From an uncultured Actinomycetota bacterium (GTDB lineage: Bacteria > Actinomycetota > Actinomycetes > Propionibacteriales > Nocardioidaceae), in the NCBI GenBank assembly GCA_963820035.1, contig CAWFYK010000002.1:724524-788523 (forward strand): 64,000 nt of DNA, in the 5' to 3' direction. Position 1 is the stretch's first letter; every line of letters starts with the position of its first letter. Below, piece after piece: positions 30,326 through 39,626 of this stretch. The notes beneath the pieces were generated by a model. The model worked only from the letters and a program-made list of their open reading frames with translations, ran no database searches and was not told the origin of the DNA. A program made the translations under genes and the position numbers.

Positions 30326-30805
30326 ATGAACGAGAGCCGTGCGCCCATCGTCGTCGGGGTGGACGAAACCCCAGCGGCACAGACCGCCTTACGCTTCGCA
30401 CTCCACGAAGCCAGTCGACGCGGGAGTGCCCTCGATGTCGTGACCGCCTGGCGCTGGCAGCCGACGACGCAGGACCCGAGCCCGCAAGACTCGCGGGAGG
30501 TGGCCCGCGCGGAGGCCCAGGGCATTCAGGACCGAGCCGTGGCCCTGGCTCTCGAAGGAATGGACGGCTCGCCCGTGCTGTCCCGTCAGGTGGTCGAAGG
30601 TGATCCCGCCGACGTGCTGCTGCGGGTGTCACGCGCTGCCGACTATCTCGTCGTCGGCAGCGGCCGGAAGGGGCCGGTCAAGCGGATGCTGCTCGGCTCC
30701 GTCAGTGCCGACTGCGTCCGGAAGGCCATCTGCCCCGTCCTGGTGGTGCCGGCACCTCTCGCCCAGGACAGACACGGCGACCTGGTGATGAGCGCTCAGG
30801 AGTGA
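30326..30805 (+). CDS. Universal stress protein (UspA family)
   Basis: IVVGVDETPAAQTALRFA..., YLVVGSGRKGPVKRMLLGSVSADCVRKAICPVLVVP. AGGAGG RBS upstream. Confidence 0.85.
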   Translation: MNESRAPIVVGVDETPAAQTALRFALHEASRRGSALDVVTAWRWQPTTQDPSPQDSREVARAEAQGIQDRAVALALEGMDGSPVLSRQVVEGDPADVLLRVSRAADYLVVGSGRKGPVKRMLLGSVSADCVRKAICPVLVVPAPLAQDRHGDLVMSAQE

Positions 30806-30902
30806 CGTTCATCCCAGGCCAGTGGTGGATCGATCGGCGTGGTGACGGTCCGCTGCGTGGCGATCCGGATCGGGACGATCCGCGGCGGCGGACAATCGGC
30901 GG

Positions 30903-31565
30903 CTAGTGTTCCTGGCCGGTCGCCGGGTGCAGCTTGGCCGCCAGGACCGCCGCCTGGGTACGCCGCTCGAGGCCTAGCTTGGCGAGGATGCTGGATACGT
31001 AGTTCTTCACGGTCTTCTCCGCGAGGAACATCGTCTCGGCGATCTGCCGGTTGGTCATCCCCTCCGCGATGTGTCCGAGGATCTTGCGCTCCTGCTCGGT
31101 CAGCGACCGGAGCTCGTCCGGCTGGTCACTCCCTCTGCGGAGCCTCTCGAGGACGCGGTGCGTCACGGCAGGGTCCAGCAGTGACTGGCCGCTGGCCACC
31201 TGGCGAACCGCCTCGACGAGGTCGTTGCCCCTGATCTGCTTGAGGACGTAACCGGCCGCGCCGGCCATGATGGCGGCGAACAGCGCGTCGTCGTCGTCGT
31301 ACGACGTCAGGATCAGGGCATGGATCGAGGGGTCGATCGAACGGATGTCGCGGCAGACGTCGATGCCGGAGCCATCCGGGAGTCGGCCGTCGAGCACCGC
31401 GACGTGCGGGTGCAGTGCCGGGATGCGGGCGGCGGCCTCGCGCGCGAGCCCCGCCTCCCCCACCACGACGATGTCGGGCTCGGCCTCGAGCAGCTCACGG
31501 AGTCCGCGGCGGACCACCTCATGATCGTCGAGCAGGAACACGCGGATGACGTCAGGGTCTGGCAT
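30903..31565 (-). CDS. DosR/DevR-like NarL/LuxR-family response regulator
   Basis: IRVFLLDDHEVVRRGL...VAVLDGRLPDGSGIDVC (receiver domain) and LTEQERKILGHIAEGMTNRQIAETMFLAEKTVKNYVSSILAKLG (LuxR HTH). Confidence 0.85.
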   Translation of the reverse strand: MPDPDVIRVFLLDDHEVVRRGLRELLEAEPDIVVVGEAGLAREAAARIPALHPHVAVLDGRLPDGSGIDVCRDIRSIDPSIHALILTSYDDDDALFAAIMAGAAGYVLKQIRGNDLVEAVRQVASGQSLLDPAVTHRVLERLRRGSDQPDELRSLTEQERKILGHIAEGMTNRQIAETMFLAEKTVKNYVSSILAKLGLERRTQAAVLAAKLHPATGQEH

Positions 31566-31652
31566 AGCATCCTTCATACCCGCCGCTCCGCGGACGTGCC
31601 AGCGACGAACGGGACTGTTGGACGGGACCTTCGGCCCTATACCGGAGGGCGA

Positions 31653-32270
31653 CTACCGCACCGGGCCTTGACTCGCCCACCGGGCGACCACCGGCGCGAT
31701 CGCCCGGAGCGCCTTGCCACGATGGCTGATCGCGTCCTTCTCGGCGTCGGGAAGCTCGGCCGTCGTGCGGCTGCCACCGTCGGGTACGAACAGCACGTCG
31801 TAGCCGAAACCACCCGTCCCACGGAGCTCGCGGATGACCTGGCCGGGCATCTCCCCCAACGCGATCTCCTCGACCCCGCCTGGTGCACAGAAGGCGACGG
31901 CGCACCTGAACTGGGCGCCACGCCGGACATCAGGAGTGTCCTCGAGCTGCTCGAGGAGGAGGGCGTTGTTGGCGGCGTCGACCTTCGCCCGCCCGGCCCA
32001 GCGGGCCGACAGCACCCCAGGCATCCCCCGCAGGGCGTCGACGCAGAGGCCACTGTCGTCCGCCAGCGACGGCAGCCCCGTCGCCTGCAGACCCGCACGG
32101 GCCTTGATGAGGGCGTTGCCCTCGAAGCTGGGTTCGGTCTCGGCCGGCTCGTCGTACGACGGAACGTCCGCGAGCCCGAGCACCTCGATGCCCGGGACGG
32201 CGCTGTTCAGGATCCGGCGCAGCTCCTCGAGCTTCTTCGAGTTGCGCGACGCCAGGAAGACCCGGGTCAC
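31653..32270 (-). CDS. rdgB: Non-canonical purine NTP pyrophosphatase (RdgB/HAM1)
   Basis: [60 protein letters not shown] 32270 overlaps the rph stop (GTGA). Confidence 0.85.
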   Translation of the reverse strand: MTRVFLASRNSKKLEELRRILNSAVPGIEVLGLADVPSYDEPAETEPSFEGNALIKARAGLQATGLPSLADDSGLCVDALRGMPGVLSARWAGRAKVDAANNALLLEQLEDTPDVRRGAQFRCAVAFCAPGGVEEIALGEMPGQVIRELRGTGGFGYDVLFVPDGGSRTTAELPDAEKDAISHRGKALRAIAPVVARWASQGPVR

Positions 32271-32986
32271 GACGCGAGCGCCTCCTGCTGCATCCGAGTC
32301 AGATCGGCGCATCCCTTGACGGCGAGCTCGAGAAGCGCGTCGAGCTCCGCGCGGCCGAACGGGTCGGCCTCCGCCGTGCCCTGCACCTCGACGTAGCGCC
32401 CGTCGCCGGTCATCACGACGTTCATGTCGGTCTCCGCCCGCACGTCCTCCTCGTATGGCAGGTCGAGACGCGGCTCGCCGTCGACCAGCCCCACGGAGAC
32501 CGCGGCCACGGAGCCACGCAACGGCTCGCCCTTGAGCGCGCCTCGGCCGCGGAGGTGCTGCACCGCGTCGGCGAGGGCGACGTAGGCACCGGTGATGGAT
32601 GCGGTGCGGGTGCCGCCGTCGGCCTGGAGGACGTCGCAGTCGAGCACGATCGTGTTCTCACCGAGCGCCCGGTAGTCGATGACGGCGCGGAGCGACCGGC
32701 CGATGAGCCGTGAGATCTCGTGGGTACGGCCCCCGATGCGGCCTTTGACGGACTCACGGTCGGACCGGGTGTGGGTCGAGCTCGGCAGCATCGCGTACTC
32801 GGCGGTCACCCAACCGAGCCCGCTGTCCTTGCGCCACCGAGGGACGCCGGTGGTGGCGCTGGCGACACACAGCACCCGGGTGCGGCCGAACTCGACGAGC
32901 ACAGAGCCGGCTGCGTGGTCGAGCCAGTTCCGGTTGAGGGTGATGGGGCGCAGTTCGTCGGCCGCACGGCCGTCAGCTCGGGTCAT
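32267..32986 (-). CDS. rph: Ribonuclease PH
   Basis: [56 protein letters not shown]. Confidence 0.9.
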   Translation of the reverse strand: MTRADGRAADELRPITLNRNWLDHAAGSVLVEFGRTRVLCVASATTGVPRWRKDSGLGWVTAEYAMLPSSTHTRSDRESVKGRIGGRTHEISRLIGRSLRAVIDYRALGENTIVLDCDVLQADGGTRTASITGAYVALADAVQHLRGRGALKGEPLRGSVAAVSVGLVDGEPRLDLPYEEDVRAETDMNVVMTGDGRYVEVQGTAEADPFGRAELDALLELAVKGCADLTRMQQEALAS

Positions 32987-33054
32987 GGCGCCGACCCTAT
33001 CGCCGGGCTCGAGACGGGCCGGACCCGATCGGCCGCGCCCATCAGGGGCCCCTG

Positions 33055-33100
33055 CCCGGTGGCCAGCCCGGTGGCCAGCCCGGTGGCCAGCCCGGTGGCC
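33055..33100. repeat. 12-bp tandem repeat CCCGGTGGCCAG, about 3.8 copies
   Basis: Units at 33055, 33067 and 33079, with a partial unit at 33091. Lies in the rph / ECF-sigma divergent intergenic region. Confidence 0.9.
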
Positions 33101-33149
33101 ATATCCGGTCGCCGCGCATCGCCGGCTCGGCGGCCCCGGACGAACTGCC

Positions 33150-33191
33150 GTGACGGGTTTGGCGTGACGGGTTTGGCGTGACGGGTTTGGC
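33150..33191. repeat. 14-bp tandem repeat GTGACGGGTTTGGC x3, immediately upstream of a -10-like GATAAT
   Basis: Units at 33150, 33164 and 33178. GATAAT at 33203-33208 sits 6 nt before the GTG start of the sigma factor (33215), suggesting a leaderless mRNA. Confidence 0.85.
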
Positions 33192-33214
33192 CGACTCGGG
33201 ACGATAATCAGAAT

Positions 33215-33751
33215 GTGAGCGAATCCGTGTCTGCCGTCCCCGATGCGGACGCGCTGCTCACGCTTTACGACGAGGCACTGCCCGTCGTCTACGGATACCT
33301 GCTCACCCGCTGTGGACAACGCGAAGAGGCGGAGGATCTGACGACGGAGACGTTCATGGCCGCGGTCGACGCCGTACGACGTCAGACCGTCCCTGACCTC
33401 ACCACCCGCTGGCTCATCGGCGTCGCTCGACACAAGCTGGCCGACCACTGGCGACGATCCGCACGCGACCAGGCTCGGCTGAGCGCCATCCGAGGCAGCC
33501 TAGGGGACCAGCTGGTCGACCCGTGGGACGTGGAGCTCGACCGGGTGGTCGCCGAGGAGACGCTCGCCGGGCTCACCCCGCTGCACCGGCTCGTCCTCAC
33601 GCTCCGCTACGTGGACGACCTGCCCGTTGCGGAGACGGCCGAGGTGATCGGCCGCAGTCTGGCAGCGACGGAGTCGCTCCTGACGAGGGCGAAGGCCGCT
33701 TTCCGCGAGGCCTACCCCTCCGAGGACACGACGGAAGGAGGGGCGACATGA
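33215..33751 (+). CDS. ECF-type sigma-70 family RNA polymerase sigma factor
   Basis: Region 2: [14 protein letters not shown]...[16 protein letters not shown]. Region 4: [41 protein letters not shown]. Confidence 0.85.
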   Translation: MSESVSAVPDADALLTLYDEALPVVYGYLLTRCGQREEAEDLTTETFMAAVDAVRRQTVPDLTTRWLIGVARHKLADHWRRSARDQARLSAIRGSLGDQLVDPWDVELDRVVAEETLAGLTPLHRLVLTLRYVDDLPVAETAEVIGRSLAATESLLTRAKAAFREAYPSEDTTEGGAT

Positions 33752-34386
33752 GCGACCCGCTGGACATCCTGCGACGTGAACCGAGCGCCGTCTTCCCCGA
33801 CCCGGAGTTCGCCGACCGGCTGCGCGCACGGCTCACGCGCGCCCTCGACCCCCAGGAAGCCGACTATCACCTAGGAGCAGACATGAGTCCCACCCCCGCG
33901 TCCTCGACCGCCAGTCAACCTGCCGAGACGGCAAGGCCGGCCGAGAGGGACGCGGCCGAGGCGGCAACGCCGGCCGAGGCGGCAACGCCGGCCGAGGCGG
34001 CAACGCCGGCGATGGTGCCCTACCTCGCCGCCCAGGGCGCTCGAGAGGCCATCGACTGGTACACCGACGTGTTCGGCGCCACCCTCGCCGGCGACCCGAT
34101 CGTGATGCCCGACGGCCGCATCGGCCACAGCGAGCTGCACATCGGACGAGCCGTCATCTACCTCTCCGATGCACACCCCGAGATCGGTGTTGTCGCGCCG
34201 ACGGCGGGCGAGGCCTCGGTCAGCCTGATGCTGACAGTCGACGACGCGGACGCCGTACTCGCTCGTGCACAGCGAGCCGGTGGCCGAAGCGACCGAGAGC
34301 CCTACGACGCCTACGGGCGGCGCAACGCGTGGATGATCGACCCGTTCGGGCATCGCTGGGGACTGAACAGCCCGATTCGAGGCTGA
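33748..34386 (+). CDS. VOC (glyoxalase/PhnB-like) domain protein with an N-terminal extension, translationally coupled to the sigma factor
   Basis: ATGA overlap with the sigma stop. The C-terminal half (MVPYLAAQGAREAIDWYTDVFGA...HSELHIG...IYLSDA...WMIDPFGHRWGL) is PhnB/VOC-like. Confidence 0.7.
   Translation: MSDPLDILRREPSAVFPDPEFADRLRARLTRALDPQEADYHLGADMSPTPASSTASQPAETARPAERDAAEAATPAEAATPAEAATPAMVPYLAAQGAREAIDWYTDVFGATLAGDPIVMPDGRIGHSELHIGRAVIYLSDAHPEIGVVAPTAGEASVSLMLTVDDADAVLARAQRAGGRSDREPYDAYGRRNAWMIDPFGHRWGLNSPIRG
33955..34008 (+). repeat. In-frame 18-bp tandem repeat x3 (AEAATP) in the linker of the VOC protein
   Basis: GCCGAGGCGGCAACGCCG at 33955, 33973 and 33991. Confidence 0.9.
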
Positions 34387-34434
34387 CGGTACGACGGCCC
34401 CAGGCCCTGCGGATTCGTCCGGTCACGACGCAAC

Positions 34435-34660
34435 GCAACCATCCGAGAGTTTCGGCACCACCATCCGAGACTTCCGGCACCACCATCCGAGAGTTCCGGT
34501 ACGACGATCCGAGACTTCCGGCACCACCATCCGAGAGTTCCGGCACCACCATCCGAGAGTTCCGGCACGACGATCCGAGACTTCCGGCACCACCATCCGA
34601 GAGTTCCGGCACCACCATCCGAGAGTTCCGGTACGACGATCCGAGACTCCCGGCATCGGC
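34435..34660. repeat. R22-B composite copy 1, left arm: 10 tandem 22-bp units (ACCACCATCCGAGAGTTCCGGC type)
   Basis: ATCCGAG anchor at 34441 + 22n (n=0..9) with no phase slips. Two sub-types are interleaved (ACCACCATCC / ACGACGATCC). Confidence 0.95.
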
Positions 34661-34924
34661 ATGGCCGGCTGCGGGGTCCCCTCTGTCAAGCGGCGTGCGT
34701 TGGTCGGGACGTGAAGAACAGCGGTGACGGCGGCTTTCGAGCTGCTCGTGTTGGTATGGCGCCGCGCGTCTGGGCCGGTGAACACAATCACGTTCGCAAA
34801 CAAAGAAGTTCGGCGCCAGTGCGACGGAACCACCTCGAGGGCCGTTGCGTCACTGCCGTTGTTCACGTCCCGAGCAACGCACGCCGCCTGAAGGAAGCGA
34901 CCCGCAATCGGGCTGTGCCGCAGG
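34661..34924. other. R22-B 264-bp core, copy 1 (internally palindromic, non-coding)
   Basis: Identical by eye to 41403-41666. Contains 43-nt imperfect inverted arms around a 118-nt, less GC-rich centre. Confidence 0.85.
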
Positions 34925-34925
34925 G

Positions 34926-35227
34926 TCGGATCGTGGTGCCGGAACTCTCGGATCGTCGTACCAAAACTCTCGGATCGTCCTACCAAAACTCTCGGATCGT
35001 GGTGCCGGAACTCTCGGATGGTCCTGCCAAAACTCTCGGATCGTACGTACCAAAACTCTCGGATCGACGTGCCAAAACTCTCGGATCGTCCTACCAAAAC
35101 TCTCGGATCGTCGTACCAAAACTCTCGGATCGTCGTACCAAAACTCTCGGATCGTGGTGCCAGAACTCTCGGATCGTGGTGCCAGAACTCTCGGATCGTG
35201 GTGCCAGAACTCTCGGATGGTCGGGAG
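34926..35227. repeat. R22-B composite copy 1, right arm: one partial plus 13 tandem units (GGAACTCTCGGATCGTGGTGCC type)
   Basis: TCGGATCG anchor at 34948 + 22n. A single 23-bp unit shifts the phase by +1 from 35059. The array ends 18 bp before the MBL stop codon. Confidence 0.95.
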
Positions 35228-35245
35228 GTAGCAGAGCAGGCTGGG

Positions 35246-36004
35246 TCAGAGGTGGTAGGACAGGCCGGGGCGCGCCACCGACAGCGCGCCGGTGAAGTGC
35301 GGCTCGGCGTCGGCAAGCACCCGGTCGCGGTCGACCCAGGGCTGGACGTGGGTCAGCAGCAGCTGACCGGCGCCGGCGCGCGTGGCGATTTCGGCCGCCT
35401 CCCGCCCCGACATGTGCAGGTGCTCGGGCTTCTCCCCGTTCTCGAGGAACGTCGCCTCCGCGAGCAGCAGGTCGCAGCCGACGGCGATCGACTCCAACGC
35501 GTCGCACGGTCCGGTGTCACCGGAGTAGACCAACGTCCGCTCGTCGGCGGTGACGCGGATCGCGTAGGCGTCCACCGGGTGGTCGACGTTGGTGGTGTCG
35601 ATGCGGAACGGGCCGATGTCGACGGGCTTGCCGTCGTACTCGCGGAAGTCGAACTCGGCGGTCATGCCCGGCTCGGGGGCGATGTCGTAGGCACGCGCCA
35701 TCCGGCCGGCCACCCCCGGTGGACCGAAGACCGGGATCGAGCCCAGGTGGCCGCTCGGGTGGTATTTCCGCACCACATAGAAGCCGCAGAGATCGAGGCA
35801 GTGGTCGGCGTGCAGGTGAGTGAAGGCCACCGCGTCGATGGTGCGGAGGTCGACGTAGTTCTGCAGCGCGCCGAGGGCGCCGCTGCCGAGGTCGAGCAGC
35901 AACCGGAAGTCGCGACCGTGATACGCCGTCTCGACCAGGTAGCACGAGGCCGGCGAGTCCGGGCCGGGAAAGGAGCCGGAGCAGCCGACGACGGTGAGCT
36001 TCAT
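35246..36004 (-). CDS. MBL-fold metallo-hydrolase (Rv1339-like)
   Basis: [38 protein letters not shown]. The start ATG overlaps the murI stop (ATGA). Confidence 0.8.
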   Translation of the reverse strand: MKLTVVGCSGSFPGPDSPASCYLVETAYHGRDFRLLLDLGSGALGALQNYVDLRTIDAVAFTHLHADHCLDLCGFYVVRKYHPSGHLGSIPVFGPPGVAGRMARAYDIAPEPGMTAEFDFREYDGKPVDIGPFRIDTTNVDHPVDAYAIRVTADERTLVYSGDTGPCDALESIAVGCDLLLAEATFLENGEKPEHLHMSGREAAEIATRAGAGQLLLTHVQPWVDRDRVLADAEPHFTGALSVARPGLSYHL

Positions 36005-36807
36005 ACGCCGACCCACGCGAACTGGTCGACGAGCTCGAGCTCCGGGCCGAGGAACCGCCGCCCGATCTCCCGGAACTCCCCCGGCTGCCCGGTCGTCAGG
36101 AACCGGTGGGTCGGCTCCGGCAGCCCTGCAGGTCGCTGCAGACCTTCGCGGAGAAGCAGCGCGTAGACGTCCTTGGCGGTCTCCTCCGCGCTCGAGACGA
36201 GCGTCACGTCGGTGCCGAGGACGTAGGAGATCACCCCCGTGAGCAGTGGGTAGTGCGTGCAGCCAAGGATCAGCGTGTCGATCTGCGCGCCGAGCAGCGG
36301 ATCGAGGTAGCCGTGGGCGACCGCCAGCAGGTCGGCCCCGCTGGTGACGCCGCGCTCCACGAACTCCACGAACTGCCCGCACGCCTGGGTGGTGAGGATG
36401 ACCTGGGGCGCGGCCGCGAACGCGTCGTCGTAGGCCCTCGAGGCCCGCGTCGCCGGCGTGCAGATGACCCCCACCCGGTTGTTGCGGGTGGCGGCGACGG
36501 CGCGCCGCGTTGCGGGGAAGATCACCTCGACGACCGGCACCGGGTAGCGCTCTCGAGCGTCCCGCAACATCGCGGCGCTCGCGGAGTTGCACGCGATCAC
36601 CAGCGCCTTGACCCCCTTGTCAACGAGGTGGTCGAGACATTCCAACGCGTATTCGCGCACCTCGCCGATCGGCTTCGACCCGTAGGGCTGCCGTGCCGTG
36701 TCGCCGAGATAGAGGACCGGCTCGTGGGGCAGCTGGTCGAGGACGGCGCGCACCACGGTGAGACCCCCGAAACCGGAGTCGAAGATGCCGATGGGCGCGT
36801 CCGTCAT
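36001..36807 (-). CDS. murI: Glutamate racemase
   Basis: [41 protein letters not shown]. Confidence 0.9.
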   Translation of the reverse strand: MTDAPIGIFDSGFGGLTVVRAVLDQLPHEPVLYLGDTARQPYGSKPIGEVREYALECLDHLVDKGVKALVIACNSASAAMLRDARERYPVPVVEVIFPATRRAVAATRNNRVGVICTPATRASRAYDDAFAAAPQVILTTQACGQFVEFVERGVTSGADLLAVAHGYLDPLLGAQIDTLILGCTHYPLLTGVISYVLGTDVTLVSSAEETAKDVYALLLREGLQRPAGLPEPTHRFLTTGQPGEFREIGRRFLGPELELVDQFAWVGV

Positions 36808-36951
36808 CTGACCACCGTACGACGGGGAGCCCGCCATTTTGCGATTGTGCGACACACACCACACCGGCATGGACCCAACGACGGCGAGGGCCGGCCGAAC
36901 GTCGCGCCGTGGTCGACACCTCGCCGGATCGGCGAGCGCGGCGGGACGGTC

Positions 36952-37464
36952 CTACTCGTCGAGCTGGCTGCCGCCGAAGTACATCAGGGGGTCGCTGAGC
37001 AGCTCGAGCTGAATGCCGTCGGGGTCCTTGAAGTACATCGACTCCTCGATGCCGCGGTCGGGTCCGGCATAGGTCACCCCGGCCTCGTCGAGCCGCACCT
37101 GGATCTGCTCCCACCGGTCCCGCGGCGCCGAGATCGCGATGTGCTGGACGGTGCCGAACGCCTCCACTCCAGGCTCGAGACCCAGGCCTGGGAAGTCGAA
37201 GAAACCCAGCAGAGTCTTGTTGCCGAGGTCGAAGAAGAAATGCGACGACCCGGGATAGTCGCGGTTCTCCACCAGCTCGACGAGCGGGAACCCGAGCAGG
37301 CCCTGGTAGAACTCGATCGTCTGCTCGACATCGGAGCAGATCAGCGCGAGATGGTGGATCCCGCGGCCTGGCGTCGAGGGACGCTCAGCCGTTGGCGACA
37401 GGTAGCGCTTGCGCAGCTCTGCTCGCCGGGCCTCCAGCTCGGCCAGCTCGGAATCGTTCGGCAT
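36952..37464 (-). CDS. VOC-family (glyoxalase/dioxygenase-fold) protein
   Basis: IHHLALICSDVEQTIEFYQGLLGFPLV...VQHIAISA...YFKDPDGIQLEL. Confidence 0.75.
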   Translation of the reverse strand: MPNDSELAELEARRAELRKRYLSPTAERPSTPGRGIHHLALICSDVEQTIEFYQGLLGFPLVELVENRDYPGSSHFFFDLGNKTLLGFFDFPGLGLEPGVEAFGTVQHIAISAPRDRWEQIQVRLDEAGVTYAGPDRGIEESMYFKDPDGIQLELLSDPLMYFGGSQLDE

Positions 37465-37536
37465 GGTCCCGCACCTCTCTCACGACCGCTCGCGCCCCGC
37501 AAGAGCGACTGTATCCCCCGGGCGTCGTACGTCGGG

Positions 37537-38520
37537 TCAGTCTTCGAACGGAAGGGTCGGGTGAGGCGGCCCGTGGGCGGGGTCGACACCGTCGAAGAGG
37601 CTGCTCACCGACTCGCCGGCATGGACCCGGGAGATCGCCTCGGCGAACAGCTCCGCGACCGACCTGACCTGGAGCTCTGGCCAGTGTGTGGTCGCCGGCA
37701 CCGTGTCGGTGGTGACGACCTCGCTGATCGACGGATGCCCGCGGAGCCGCTCGACGGCCTTGCCGACGAACAACCCGTGGGTGCACGCAACTGCCGCCTC
37801 GACGCAGCCGAGGTCCTTGAGCTTGTCGAGCAGCTCCACGATCGAGCCGCCGGTGGCGATCTCGTCGTCGAGGACGATGGCCCGCTTCCCGGCCACGTCC
37901 CCGACGATCGCGTCGATCACCACCGAGTCGTCTGCCAGCCGCTGCTTGCTGCCGGCGGCGACGGGAAGGCCCAGCAGCCGGGCGAACTGCGTTGCCGTCT
38001 TGGCGTTGCCGAGGTCGGGCGAGACGACCACCGTGTCGGACAGGTCGCGGTCGCGGAAGTGCTCCGCGAGTACGCCGAGCGCCGTCAGGTGATCGACCGG
38101 CACCGAGAAGAAGCCGTGCACCTGGGGCGCGTGCAACGTCATCGTCAGGATCCGATCGGTGCCCGCCGCGAGCAGCATGTCCGCGACGAGACGTCCGCCG
38201 AGGGAGATCCGCGAGGCGTCCTTCTTGTCCGACCGGGCGTAGGCATAGTGCGGGATCACGGCCGTGATCTGCGCCGCCGAGGCCCCTCGAGCCGCGTCGA
38301 TCATCAGCAGCAGCTCCATCAGGTGCTCCTGGGTGGGCGGCACGAGCGGCTGCACGATGTAGACGTCACGCTGCCGGCAGTTCGCCTGCAGCTGCGCCTG
38401 CAGGCAGTCGTTGCTGAAGCGCTTGATCTCGACCGGGGAAAGCCGCACGCCGAGGTGCGAGCAGATCGCCTGCGCGAGGGCCCGGTGCGCACTGCCGCTG
38501 AAGACGACGATCTCACGCAC
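37537..38520 (-). CDS. prs: Ribose-phosphate diphosphokinase family protein
   Basis: IVVFSGSAH..LA..I, FSNDC, DVYIVQ, IPHYAYARSDKK, VVSPDLGNAK, AIVLDDEIATGGS. Confidence 0.8.
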   Translation of the reverse strand: MREIVVFSGSAHRALAQAICSHLGVRLSPVEIKRFSNDCLQAQLQANCRQRDVYIVQPLVPPTQEHLMELLLMIDAARGASAAQITAVIPHYAYARSDKKDASRISLGGRLVADMLLAAGTDRILTMTLHAPQVHGFFSVPVDHLTALGVLAEHFRDRDLSDTVVVSPDLGNAKTATQFARLLGLPVAAGSKQRLADDSVVIDAIVGDVAGKRAIVLDDEIATGGSIVELLDKLKDLGCVEAAVACTHGLFVGKAVERLRGHPSISEVVTTDTVPATTHWPELQVRSVAELFAEAISRVHAGESVSSLFDGVDPAHGPPHPTLPFED

Positions 38521-38640
38521 GACCCCACCCCCAACGGGTATCCACCGGACGGTCTGCGGTCACTCTAGCCACCGCAGGGGGACGGCGACATACCGCGTCG
38601 AGGACCGGACGGCCGACACACCTGCGGCGTCGGCCACCGC

Positions 38641-39213
38641 TCATCGCTGCGCCGCGTCGAGCAGCGTCTCCAGCTGGTAGCCGAGCCAGCCGTAGATGCG
38701 GTAGAGGGAGCTGGCCGGGTCGTCCTCCGGGAGCGAGAGCCAGGCCAGCTCGTCGTCGTCGGCCGTCACCTCAAGCCGGGCGGCCAACGTGAGGCGGAGG
38801 TCGGTGAGGCAGCGCAGCCAGGACCGTACCTCGTCGGGACCCAGCTCGAAGTCGATCACGGCCTCCTCGTCGTCCGGGTCGACCTCTCCGATGGACCGTA
38901 CGACGACGTGAGCCGCGTCGACCTTCGACCTCCGCAGTCCCTGCTCGGTGAAGCGCCGGAACTCGGCCGCCACCTCGGAGTCGTCGATGTAGGCGTCGGG
39001 CAGCAGCCGCAGCAGCGCAGGGTCGGTCGGCGGCTCCCGCGGGGAGTCCATCACGACGAGCTCCTCGAGCGGGTCGACGTCGGCGTCACCGGTGGGCTCG
39101 CCGTCGCTGAGGAGCTCGATGAGCTGCCGCGCCAGGTCGGACAGCAGCAGTCCGATGAGAGCGGGCATCTCGACGTAGACCCGGCCCTTGCGTCGCGAAC
39201 GGAAGTAGCTCAC
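38641..39213 (-). CDS. DUF2017-domain protein (usual clpS neighbour in Actinobacteria)
   Basis: ...[12 protein letters not shown]...A..V......[16 protein letters not shown].... GTG 39213 overlaps the clpS stop (GTGA). Confidence 0.65.
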   Translation of the reverse strand: MSYFRSRRKGRVYVEMPALIGLLLSDLARQLIELLSDGEPTGDADVDPLEELVVMDSPREPPTDPALLRLLPDAYIDDSEVAAEFRRFTEQGLRRSKVDAAHVVVRSIGEVDPDDEEAVIDFELGPDEVRSWLRCLTDLRLTLAARLEVTADDDELAWLSLPEDDPASSLYRIYGWLGYQLETLLDAAQR

Positions 39214-39509
39214 TGGTCGGCCTTCTGCAGGGTCGCCCACAGACCGTAGGTATGCATCGCTTGGACGTCGCGCTCCATCTCCTCACGGCTCCCGGTCGAC
39301 ACGACTGCCTTGCCCTCGGTGTGCACCTGCATCATCAGCCGCTTCGCCTTGGCTTTCGAGTAGTGGAAGTACTCCACGAACACGAACGCCACGTAGGACA
39401 TCAGGTTGACCGGGTCGTCCCACACGATCGTGACCCAGGGGACGTCGGGCAGCACGAACTGGTCGGTGTCGGGCCGCTCCAGCGTGGAGGACTCAGGAGT
39501 AGCGGTCAT
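39210..39509 (-). CDS. clpS: ATP-dependent Clp protease adaptor ClpS
   Basis: [47 protein letters not shown]. Start chosen at MTATPES. Confidence 0.85.
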   Translation of the reverse strand: MTATPESSTLERPDTDQFVLPDVPWVTIVWDDPVNLMSYVAFVFVEYFHYSKAKAKRLMMQVHTEGKAVVSTGSREEMERDVQAMHTYGLWATLQKADQ

Positions 39510-39626
39510 CGCCCTCATTGTCACCCATCGGCTGAGCATCGGCTGGTCACCGGTCACCGGTCACCGGGTATCGGCTGGTCACCCATCAGGTGAAGCTCGG
39601 CCCACCGCTGCCATACGCTGATCCCC

